Under the pieces are notes generated by a model that was not told where the DNA came from, made no database searches, and saw only the letters and a program-made list of their open reading frames with translations. This document shows, piece by piece, positions 1-8,155 of a DNA stretch of 64,000 nucleotides (position 1 is the first letter of the stretch; every line of letters starts with the position of its first letter). This stretch comes from Methylotenera sp. (GTDB lineage Bacteria; Pseudomonadota; Gammaproteobacteria; Burkholderiales; Methylophilaceae): NCBI GenBank assembly GCA_041675545.1, contig JBAYTS010000010.1, positions 1,606-65,605 of the forward strand, given 5' to 3'. Both the position numbers and the translations under genes were made by a program.

Positions 1-117
1 CAATTTGACGTAACACGCGAGCGTATTCGTCAAATCGAAGCGAAGGCATTGCGAAAGTTACGTCATCCTACGCGTTCAGAAAGATTAAGAAGCTTCTTGG
101 AAACTGGTCAAGACTAA
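1..117 (+). CDS. rpoD: RNA polymerase sigma-70 factor RpoD, C-terminal fragment (runs off the left edge)
   Basis: Frame 1 reads [38 protein letters not shown], the sigma region 4.2 signature; stop at 115-117. Confidence 0.95.
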   Translation, partial: QFDVTRERIRQIEAKALRKLRHPTRSERLRSFLETGQD

Positions 118-144
118 TCTAAAATAAATGGTTGTTAAAGTTTT

Positions 145-223
<79 letters not shown>

Positions 224-228
224 ATACA

Positions 229-266
229 GAGGCGGCTTGCATGGCTTTGTTCATGTAAGTCGCTTC
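229..266 (+). terminator. Hairpin directly downstream of the tRNA (terminator-like, no U-tract)
   Basis: GAGGCGGCTTGCATG (229-243) pairs with CATGTAAGTCGCTTC (252-266), 15 bp including 3 G.U pairs. Confidence 0.45.
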
Positions 267-297
267 CATTAGTAACTAATAATGACAAGGATTCATC

Positions 298-531
298 ATG
301 ACTCAAACTAAAAAACCTGCAGTGAAAAAGGCTCCGGCCTCAGATGCTGGCGTTGAGAAGGCTGCGCCTAAACCGCGGGCAAAAAAAGTTGCGCCTGCTT
401 TAAGTAATCAGGAACGTTACGAAATAATACAGAAAACGGCTTACTATATTGCTGAGCATAATGGGTTCGTAGGTGACCCGCATACATTCTGGGCTGAAGC
501 AGAAGCTCAGATTGATGCAATAAAATCGTGA
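298..531 (+). CDS. DUF2934 domain protein with a Lys/Ala/Pro-rich N-terminus
   Basis: The C-terminal ERYEIIQKTAYYIAEHNGF..GDPHTFWAEAEAQI matches the DUF2934 pattern; AAGGA RBS upstream. Confidence 0.75.
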   Translation: MTQTKKPAVKKAPASDAGVEKAAPKPRAKKVAPALSNQERYEIIQKTAYYIAEHNGFVGDPHTFWAEAEAQIDAIKS

Positions 532-788
532 TGTATTCGACCCAAGTTTTACAATATTTGAAGAAGCACGGGCAGCAAGCTGACTGGGAAATTGCCGCAG
601 GCATGGACTTGGAAATCTCTACTGTACGTTCAACTTTAATTAGCCTTTCTGAACGTGGTGAGATTTCTAGTTGCAGTGTGACTAAGTTTATCAATGGACA
701 GCCTGTTGAAGGCTTATTGTGCCGGATTGCCGGGACGATTCCACCTGCTGCGCCAGGTAGAAAAGCCGCTGTAAAACCATTGCAGTAA
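528..788 (+). CDS. Small winged-helix-like putative DNA-binding protein
   Basis: QVLQYLKKHG..ADWEIAAGMDLEISTVRSTLISLSERGEI has an HTH/wing pattern; the start overlaps the upstream stop (GTGA/ATGA coupling). Confidence 0.6.
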   Translation: MMYSTQVLQYLKKHGQQADWEIAAGMDLEISTVRSTLISLSERGEISSCSVTKFINGQPVEGLLCRIAGTIPPAAPGRKAAVKPLQ

Positions 789-883
789 ATTTGCTGGCGC
801 GTACATTGATTGCCATACTGCAACCAATGTATTGTAATTGCAGCTTAATTTACGACACTTCAATCTTAGGAAGATAACCGCCT

Positions 884-1144
884 ATGACGTCGTCTGCCCC
901 TCCAAAGCAACCTAACAACCCATTGCATGGCATTACGCTTGAGACCTTGGTTAAGGAGCTGGTAGCTCATTATGGCTGGGTAGGTTTGTCTGAACGTATT
1001 GTGATACGTTGCTTCACCAATGACCCAAGCGTTGCCTCAAGTTTGAAGTTTCTACGAAAGACGCCGTGGGCGAGAGATAAGGTAGAGACGCTTTATGGCG
1101 TTATGTTGCGCGATGTTGGTCAGGATAAGGTTACGGCTGATTGA
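884..1144 (+). CDS. VF530-family (DUF2132) DNA-binding protein
   Basis: [10 protein letters not shown]...YGW..L...[29 protein letters not shown] is the VF530 signature. Confidence 0.85.
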   Translation: MTSSAPPKQPNNPLHGITLETLVKELVAHYGWVGLSERIVIRCFTNDPSVASSLKFLRKTPWARDKVETLYGVMLRDVGQDKVTAD

Positions 1145-1250
1145 CTATCACCCAGACTATTCAGGGTGTATAAGCTTATTAAAGTGGTTTTAGCTGATTA
1201 AACCTCTCAATGATTAACATGCAACCATACAGTTAGTACAAAATATCAGG

Positions 1251-1562
1251 GTGATTATGAATACCAGTAACATTAACCTTAAAGTGCCATTCAATGAAAA
1301 AGACCAAGCCAAGGCATTAGGCGCTCGATGGAATGCAGAATTAAAGCTATGGTACGTCCCAGAAGGACTCGATTCGGCGCCGTTTGAAAAGTGGTTATTA
1401 AATACAGACGCACCAATAAAAAGCGCAGCTAAAGCCACTGCACCTAAAGCAATGGCACCTCGTACAACTGCAGTCGATGATCAGCCGATTGATGATGATA
1501 TGGATGCGATAAACGCTAGATTCCGCGAGGCTTATGAGTCACGTGAGTATGATGTGTTGTAA
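1251..1562 (+). CDS. DUF5710 domain protein
   Basis: LKVPFNEKDQAKALGARWNAELKLWYVP..L....FEKWL is the DUF5710 pattern, followed by a low-complexity tail. Confidence 0.8.
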   Translation: MIMNTSNINLKVPFNEKDQAKALGARWNAELKLWYVPEGLDSAPFEKWLLNTDAPIKSAAKATAPKAMAPRTTAVDDQPIDDDMDAINARFREAYESREYDVL

Positions 1563-1652
1563 CATTTTAACGGTCGAGAGGCTGTGCACTACGTTATAAA
1601 TGGGCAATGAGTTAAAGACGGCATGAACTTTCACACATGCCTTTATGCGTTA

Positions 1653-2027
1653 TTATTTTTTCTGTTTTAACATCGTAGCTAAGTTTGCAAATGGGTTGTG
1701 TTTTACGACGTTGGTTGGCTCTCCGTTTGTTCTGTTTCGTAACGACTCATCCAAAATGCGTGCATGCTCGTTTTCATGGCAGTACAAACATAGTAACTCC
1801 CAGTTGCTGCCATCTGGCGGGTTGTTGTCATGATTGTGGTCTTTGTGGTGAACGGTAAGTTCACGTAAGCGCACACCAGAGAATTTACGCGCGCATCGGC
1901 CACAAACCCACGGATAGAGTTTGAGTGCTTGCTCGCGATAACTTGCGTCACGTTCAGCGTTGTGACGGCGCGCATCAGCTACAATGCTGTCAAGACGCGA
2001 ATGTTTAGGCGTTGTGTGCTTGTCCAT
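1653..2027 (-). CDS. yajD: YajD-family HNH nuclease
   Basis: YREQALKLYPWVCGRC...LTVHHKDHNHDNNPPDGSNWELLCLYCHENEH carries CxxC, HNH and CxxCH motifs. Confidence 0.88.
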   Translation of the reverse strand: MDKHTTPKHSRLDSIVADARRHNAERDASYREQALKLYPWVCGRCARKFSGVRLRELTVHHKDHNHDNNPPDGSNWELLCLYCHENEHARILDESLRNRTNGEPTNVVKHNPFANLATMLKQKK

Positions 2028-2109
2028 GTTTCAACGTGCTATCTATAAAGAACCATTAAACATGAAAATATAGACTAAGTTAATTGCTAAAAAGTGCCTG
2101 AATCAATAA

Positions 2110-2337
2110 TCAGTCAAAATCATCCGCGTCGTGCAATGCCAGTGTTTTTGATGAGTCGTTAGAGATGCCATCATATCCAGCATTCTCTAACTTTAGTCTA
2201 TATTCACAAGTTGGAAGATGACCTTCTAACTTGCCATTGATGGTCGTTGTTTCAACTTTACAGTAAGCGCAACGATAACTGTGCATTTGATTTTCCAAGT
2301 GTTCCTGCGGAAAATCAATGTAGTATAGTTTTTTCAT
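2110..2337 (-). CDS. Hypothetical protein with a putative zinc-binding CxxC...HxxxC motif
   Basis: 75 aa ORF with a GGAG RBS 9 nt upstream; motifs CAYC and HLPTC. Confidence 0.6.
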   Translation of the reverse strand: MKKLYYIDFPQEHLENQMHSYRCAYCKVETTTINGKLEGHLPTCEYRLKLENAGYDGISNDSSKTLALHDADDFD

Positions 2338-2401
2338 TGTTCGTGTTCTCCAATATAATGATTACTTCGACTAGTATAACCATCAACTCACAAAGATAAA
2401 T

Positions 2402-2614
2402 ATGAAAATTTGGCTAAAACGCTTCGCAAATATACTCACAATAAGCGCTACTTTATTTTTGACTATCGGGCTAGGTTATGTGTTCGTTAACAATCGGCCT
2501 GTAGGCGATTTTATTTCAGAGGTAGCACTTTGTTACCTAGCCGTTGCTGCTTTTAATTACATTATGTTTGGTGCTGCTACATTGTGGCATAAAAAAGCCG
2601 ATATTCTAGCGTGA
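2402..2614 (+). CDS. Small two-TM hypothetical membrane protein
   Basis: 70 aa with two hydrophobic stretches. Confidence 0.55.
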   Translation: MKIWLKRFANILTISATLFLTIGLGYVFVNNRPVGDFISEVALCYLAVAAFNYIMFGAATLWHKKADILA

Positions 2615-2747
2615 GTCATTATTCATAAGTCCTGGCGTAAGCGCTCTGAACAAGCAAGAGTAGCCTATTTCAGGGATGTTGGATTGACTTATAAAGTTAA
2701 AATTGCATTAAGCTACCCATCAATCACATGAAAATAAAACGATCCAT

Positions 2748-3869
2748 ATGAAAGCAATGATACTAGGCGCGGGCAAGGGAACCAGGGTTCAGCCTATCAC
2801 ACACGAGATACCTAAGCCTATGATTCCATTGATAAGAAAGCCTGTCATGGAATACCTGATAGATCTTCTTAAAAAACATGGGGTTGATGAAATCATGGTA
2901 AATACCAGCCATTTAGCGCCCGTGATTGAAAACTACTTTAGAGACGGTGAGCAGTTTGGTGTCAGCATCGCCTATTCTTATGAGGGGAAAATATCAGCTG
3001 ATGGGGTTGTGACGAGCTTGCCCATTGGCTCTGCTGGCGGCATGAAGAAAATTCAGGATTTTTCAGGATTCTTTGATGAAACATTTATCGTGTTATGTGG
3101 AGATGCCTGGATTGATTTAGATATTACTAAGGCATTGGAGATTCATCGTCAAAAGCAGGCGATTGCCAGCGTTATTCTTAAGCAAGTGCCGCATGATGAG
3201 GTATTTAAGTATGGCATCGTTGCGTTAGATGAAAATGATCGTATTGTTCAATTTCAGGAAAAACCCACCCCTGAAGATGCCGTTTCTAATTTGGCGAGTA
3301 CGGGTATTTACATTTTTGAGCCGGAAATTTTTAACTACATTCCATCTGACGTCGCGTATGACATTGGTGGCGAGTTGTTGCCAAAGTTAGTACAAGAGAA
3401 GTTGGCATTTATTGGCATCGACTTGCCGTTTCAGTGGTTAGATATTGGTAATGTCCACGATGTGTGGACGGTCACCAGCAAAATACTGAATGGTGAAGTG
3501 ATAGGTTTTAAAATGCCAGGCAAGGAAGTGAGGCCAGGTGTTCATGTGGGAATTAATTTAAATGTTGATTTAAACCGGGTGCATATTACGCCACCTGTTT
3601 ACATTGGAGGCAGTACTAAGATTGAAGCAGGTGCCACTATTGTAGGGCCGACAGTGATAGGTGCCAATTGTGTAGTAGAAAGTGGTGCTGTTATTAAAAA
3701 CTGTATCGTAGAAGACTATACGCGGGTGGGCAGTTTAGCTAATTTAGAAGGTAAAATTATTTTTGGTAATAAATGTATTGATCCAATTCTCGATACACAA
3801 GTTGACATCACTGAAGCCAGGCTTGAATTTATGATAGACGATGCACGCAAGCCTGTGGAAGAGGATTAA
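2748..3869 (+). CDS. NDP-sugar synthase / nucleotidyltransferase with a C-terminal left-handed beta-helix (CugP-like or mannose-1-phosphate guanylyltransferase-like)
   Basis: MKAMILGAGKGTRVQPIT..IPKPMIP, GSAGGMKK and FQEKP motifs, plus hexapeptide repeats at the C-terminus. Confidence 0.85.
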   Translation: MKAMILGAGKGTRVQPITHEIPKPMIPLIRKPVMEYLIDLLKKHGVDEIMVNTSHLAPVIENYFRDGEQFGVSIAYSYEGKISADGVVTSLPIGSAGGMKKIQDFSGFFDETFIVLCGDAWIDLDITKALEIHRQKQAIASVILKQVPHDEVFKYGIVALDENDRIVQFQEKPTPEDAVSNLASTGIYIFEPEIFNYIPSDVAYDIGGELLPKLVQEKLAFIGIDLPFQWLDIGNVHDVWTVTSKILNGEVIGFKMPGKEVRPGVHVGINLNVDLNRVHITPPVYIGGSTKIEAGATIVGPTVIGANCVVESGAVIKNCIVEDYTRVGSLANLEGKIIFGNKCIDPILDTQVDITEARLEFMIDDARKPVEED

Positions 3870-3926
3870 TCGCATGGTTTGCAAAGGACTAGCACCATTA
3901 AGCCCGCTTAAGATTTAATGGCGACG

Positions 3927-5459
3927 CTAATAATTTGAATGTCTGAAAATATCACCTTCCGGTTTTAAGTCAAAAGCAATGCAAATGCGCTCCTCATTTG
4001 AGTTAAAGGGGATGGTACGGTGAAACAGTGAGGATGGAAACAGCACAATATCACCCACGCTAGGTGTTGCAATACCAACAGGGAAGTTTTCATGTTTTTG
4101 TGGGTAATTGTCGCCATGTAAGCCGTACTCAAAACAGCCTTCCAGCGGGTCTTGTTTATCTTTAGGCAACACGAGATACACCGCACCGCTTATCCAGCCG
4201 ACTTCGTGGATATGTCTATCTACAAAGCCGCCACGACGCAACCGAACATACCATGAGCTGGTAAATTCAAGTTCTTGTGGAAACGATTTCATGAGCTCGC
4301 AATCAGCCCCTGCAAAGCGGTTTTGGTAATTGATAAATTCTTGTTTAACCAGTTCGCCTAATTTTCTGAATGATGCTTCCGGGCGTTTAAACAGATTGCC
4401 TGCGGATTGTTTGCCATTGATAATCATGCCTTGCGCGCGCACTTCAATCGCTGTGTTGTCGATGTCGTTTAATAAGTCTTTAAGAAACTGACTATCCGGC
4501 TCGGCTAATTCTTTGATGCTGTTCTGATAAACAAAATCAAAGCCATTTTTACAGAAGGTATAGGTATCTTCTACGCCAAAGTTAGTGGCATAGTGCGTAG
4601 ATAGTGTTGCCAAGAATGGTGCATCATGCTTTTTATGGGTGCGAACTATTTCATCCAGCTTGGTTTTAAATGTATCAAAATGCTCGGCTTTGTAGGTGCA
4701 ATATAGTGCGCGTTCCTCCCAGTCATCTAGTTTTGAGCGCTCAAAATGCGTCACTGCTTCATCAAAGCGCCCCGCAAGGTATAAAAACTCACCCATGTTG
4801 TAATTGGCGCCTGCGTGGTTTGGGTTTAGCTTGAGCGTGTCAAGGTAGCTTTTAATAGCTTCCTCCATATTGCCTTGGTCGCGTAGGCACTCACCGAGGT
4901 AATTATGTGCATCTGCATAGTTAGGAAACATGGCGATGGCGGACTTGAAATGCGTAATTGCTGCATCGAGTTTGCCTTCGTCGCGTAGTGCGGTGCCTAA
5001 GTTAAAATGCCCTCTAGGGTCAGCATGAATGCTAAGCGCGGTGCGGTAGTTTTTAATGGCCTCTTCAAGCATGCCTTGCTTTTGCAACAGCGTGCCTAAG
5101 TTGGCATAAGCCTCAAAAAACTTCGGGTTAAGCGCGATGGCTTTATGGTAGCTATTGGCAGCGTGTTCTAACTGCCCGATATTAGTAAGTGCGATTCCCA
5201 AATTAAAATGTAGGTCAGGTGTATTAGGTTGTAACACTAACGCTTTGGTGTAGCTTGCTACTGCAGCATCAAATTTAGATAAGCCATCTTGAGCAATCCC
5301 TAAAATCTGATAAAGGATAAATGTGTTTGGGTAACGTGATACTAACTTTTGGGCGGCATGTTCAGCCTCAGCCAGTTTTCCAGAATTAAGCCACTGCAAG
5401 ACTGGTTGCATTTCCAACTGGCTTGGTTGTTGGTCAAAAGATTGAGGTTGTTTTGCCAT
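3927..5459 (-). CDS. TPR-repeat protein with a C-terminal putative 2OG-Fe(II) oxygenase domain (TIGR02466-like)
   Basis: Several TPRs (e.g. PDLHFNLGIALTNIGQLEHAANSYHKAIALNP), then HIHE..WISGAVYL...GDIVLFPSSLFHRT...RICIAFD. Confidence 0.85.
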   Translation of the reverse strand: MAKQPQSFDQQPSQLEMQPVLQWLNSGKLAEAEHAAQKLVSRYPNTFILYQILGIAQDGLSKFDAAVASYTKALVLQPNTPDLHFNLGIALTNIGQLEHAANSYHKAIALNPKFFEAYANLGTLLQKQGMLEEAIKNYRTALSIHADPRGHFNLGTALRDEGKLDAAITHFKSAIAMFPNYADAHNYLGECLRDQGNMEEAIKSYLDTLKLNPNHAGANYNMGEFLYLAGRFDEAVTHFERSKLDDWEERALYCTYKAEHFDTFKTKLDEIVRTHKKHDAPFLATLSTHYATNFGVEDTYTFCKNGFDFVYQNSIKELAEPDSQFLKDLLNDIDNTAIEVRAQGMIINGKQSAGNLFKRPEASFRKLGELVKQEFINYQNRFAGADCELMKSFPQELEFTSSWYVRLRRGGFVDRHIHEVGWISGAVYLVLPKDKQDPLEGCFEYGLHGDNYPQKHENFPVGIATPSVGDIVLFPSSLFHRTIPFNSNEERICIAFDLKPEGDIFRHSNY

Positions 5460-5542
5460 GTCTAATCCTGCTTAGGTTTTTAACTTCACTTAGATTTAGT
5501 TTTGAATTTAGTTTTGCTTGACCTGCTTATTTTAAAACAAAA

Positions 5543-6835
5543 CTATTCATTACGCTTTTGTAATCGCCTCGCCAATTGCCGCAGAAATTTCATGGCAACT
5601 TGTGGTTCATCCAATAATAGCGTTTCAATATTGTCAGGCTGCATCGATATTACGTCAGCTTGCTCTGATGACACAACCGCATCGGCAATGGTGGGTGTGT
5701 TTGATAGCATCGCCATTTCACCAAAGTAGTTACCTGCCTCAATGGTGCGTAGTAGCTGGTCGTGTTGTAAAAGCTGCACTTGCCCATCCACCAGATAATA
5801 CATGCAATAGCTAGTATCACCGTGCTTAAAAATGTAATCGCCACGCGCGTAGGTTTTGCCATAGCGTTGCATCAGCTTTTGCACGTAATTGGTTTCGTTG
5901 CGTAGCGTGGCCGATGTTTTATCATCAAATAAACCCTTAAGTAACAAAACATCTTTTTTTCTTAAAGTAGCGATCAATTCAGTACCTAGTAAAAACACAG
6001 CAAAGTTAAAGTAAAGCCAGGTGATTGAGATGAATAAATTTTTCATGCCACCAAATACAGCGCCATAAGAAGTATTGACCGATAAAAACAGCGTAAAGGC
6101 TGGTCGCATGATTAACCAAAGAAGCGCGGTAAATAACGCCCCAATGAAAAGATGCTTAATAGATAGGCGCACCGGGAAAAATGCAAAGTAAAAAGCAGCA
6201 ATTAATAGTGTTGTCAGGCTAAGCGAAATAAGTGTTGCCAATATGCCAAATTGCATCAGCCAGCTATTGGCACCAATAAACGCAATGATTTTTTCTAGCA
6301 ATAGCCCCGCAAAGGTAAACAAAAAAAACAGAAATAACATGCCGATAATAGCCAGCATATCTTTAATTTTTCGACGCACAAACGAAGGCGCCTCTACCAG
6401 CGCGGCGATGTGGTAAAAGGTAGAGCGCATGGCGCCAGCCAAAGGCGTAACTGCCCAAAGCAATACAAATAAACCCAGCGCCCCCCATGCAGCTTGCTGC
6501 TTAGACGCGTTATACACCTCAAGCATAATGGTGTTACTTAATTGAGGGACTAAGTTGCCAGTAACAATAGCCAATTTCACGATTGCATAGTCGGAGCTAA
6601 ACACCAATTGGCTTAACAAGAAAAACATCAGCAATACCAGCGGAATAAGCGCAAACATGGCATAAAAAGAGAGCGAGGCAGATAATCCCAGCACGTTGTG
6701 TCGCTGAAAGGCGTTTAACATTTCATGCAATACAAATAAGGGCGTGTTATAGCGTTGTTTAGCATACGCCTCGCGCGGCATGTTAATTGCCTTGCGCAAC
6801 TCATTTTTTTTAGCGGTAAAGGTTACTTTTTTCAT
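5543..6835 (-). CDS. YihY/BrkB-family membrane protein fused to a C-terminal cyclic-nucleotide-binding domain
   Basis: SASLSFYAMFALIP and YGAVFGG...I..TWLY...AVFLLG are YihY motifs; YIFKHGD...MYYLVDGQV...GNYFGEMAML is a cNMP-binding beta-roll. Confidence 0.85.
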   Translation of the reverse strand: MKKVTFTAKKNELRKAINMPREAYAKQRYNTPLFVLHEMLNAFQRHNVLGLSASLSFYAMFALIPLVLLMFFLLSQLVFSSDYAIVKLAIVTGNLVPQLSNTIMLEVYNASKQQAAWGALGLFVLLWAVTPLAGAMRSTFYHIAALVEAPSFVRRKIKDMLAIIGMLFLFFLFTFAGLLLEKIIAFIGANSWLMQFGILATLISLSLTTLLIAAFYFAFFPVRLSIKHLFIGALFTALLWLIMRPAFTLFLSVNTSYGAVFGGMKNLFISITWLYFNFAVFLLGTELIATLRKKDVLLLKGLFDDKTSATLRNETNYVQKLMQRYGKTYARGDYIFKHGDTSYCMYYLVDGQVQLLQHDQLLRTIEAGNYFGEMAMLSNTPTIADAVVSSEQADVISMQPDNIETLLLDEPQVAMKFLRQLARRLQKRNE

Positions 6836-6908
6836 GACATGTTTTATAAGCGATATTGATGATATTTAATTTAACAATCGTTTAGATTACGCCGTTGTAG
6901 TAATGATG

Positions 6909-7868
6909 CTAAGCAATTAAGTATTTAAATTTCTCAGTCGCCGCCACTAAAGCCGAAGTGGTGCCGGCTTCCATTGCAGAATGCCCTGCGTCTTCAATAA
7001 TATGAAGCTCGGCATGCGGCATTGCGCGGCTAAGCTCCCATGCCGTTATTGGAGGGCACACCATGTCGTAACGTCCCTGCACAATCACAGTGGGTACATG
7101 TGCAAGCTTCAATGAGGCTTCAGCTAGCAAATCGCGGTCACCCACAAAACAATCATGCTTAATATAATGAATCTGTACTCTAGCGCGTGCAAGTTCTACT
7201 TTACCGTCAACTTCATTCGCACTAGCCGGTCTTGGCAATAAGGTCATAATGCTGCTTTCAAAAGCGTTCCATTGAATAGCGGCAGGAATACTTACATTAG
7301 TATCATCACTAAAAATAAGCTGCTCGTATGCGTTTAAAGGAATATCTCTCACATTGGCTGGTAAAAATTCACATAAACGCTGCCAAGGTGCTGGGAAGAA
7401 TGTTTTAACCGTCCCTAAAAACCAAGCTAGCTCACTGGGGCGGCTTAAAAATACACCACGCAAAATCAAGCCAGAAACATGCGACGTGTGTTGCAAGGCA
7501 TAAGTCAACGCTAGCGTACTGCCCCAAGAGCCGCCAAATACAAGCCATTGTTGAATGCCCAACTGCTGACGGATTAAATCTATATCATTGACCAAATCGC
7601 TAGTGGTATTTTTGTCAACAGCACCTAAAGGCTTGCTACGCCCACATCCGCGTTGATCAATGAGGATGATTTTATAATGGGTGGGATCAAAAAAACGGCG
7701 CTGAGTAGGATTGCATCCACCGCCAGGCCCGCCATGTAAAAAAACTATCGGCAACCCATTCGGGTTGCCACAAACCTCGTAATAAACTTCATGTAAATCA
7801 TCAGCTTTAAGTGTATGTTGAGCATGAATTTCCAATTCAGGATACAAGTTGTAAATAGTGTTCTGCAT
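6909..7868 (-). CDS. pip: Proline iminopeptidase
   Basis: FLHGGPGGG, DQRGCGRS, catalytic GGSWGS, QGRYDMVCP and AGHS motifs. Confidence 0.93.
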   Translation of the reverse strand: MQNTIYNLYPELEIHAQHTLKADDLHEVYYEVCGNPNGLPIVFLHGGPGGGCNPTQRRFFDPTHYKIILIDQRGCGRSKPLGAVDKNTTSDLVNDIDLIRQQLGIQQWLVFGGSWGSTLALTYALQHTSHVSGLILRGVFLSRPSELAWFLGTVKTFFPAPWQRLCEFLPANVRDIPLNAYEQLIFSDDTNVSIPAAIQWNAFESSIMTLLPRPASANEVDGKVELARARVQIHYIKHDCFVGDRDLLAEASLKLAHVPTVIVQGRYDMVCPPITAWELSRAMPHAELHIIEDAGHSAMEAGTTSALVAATEKFKYLIA

Positions 7869-7993
7869 GGTTGACTGTAAGCTTTCTATATGATTATAAA
7901 CAACATTTTATATTGATTAGTTGCACTCCACTATGATAGAGCATAACAAAATATTTATTTACACTGAAATGTAAGTAAATTGTAACTAATGTA

Positions 7994-8022
7994 TTGCAAT
8001 TCGTGATTGACTGGGATATAGT
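7994..8022 (+). promoter_or_regulatory. Predicted sigma-70 promoter of xoxF
   Basis: TTGCAA (7994-7999), 17-nt spacer, TATAGT (8017-8022). Confidence 0.6.
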
Positions 8023-8155
8023 CCCAAATACGCACACGAACTGTGCTAAAAAATAGTTTTACTAATGAGTTAAAAATTTGAGATTACATCAAAAACGCTA
8101 ACTCGTTACGGTGGAATTATTAACAACCTTAGTAGTTTAACTTTGGAGATTAAAT

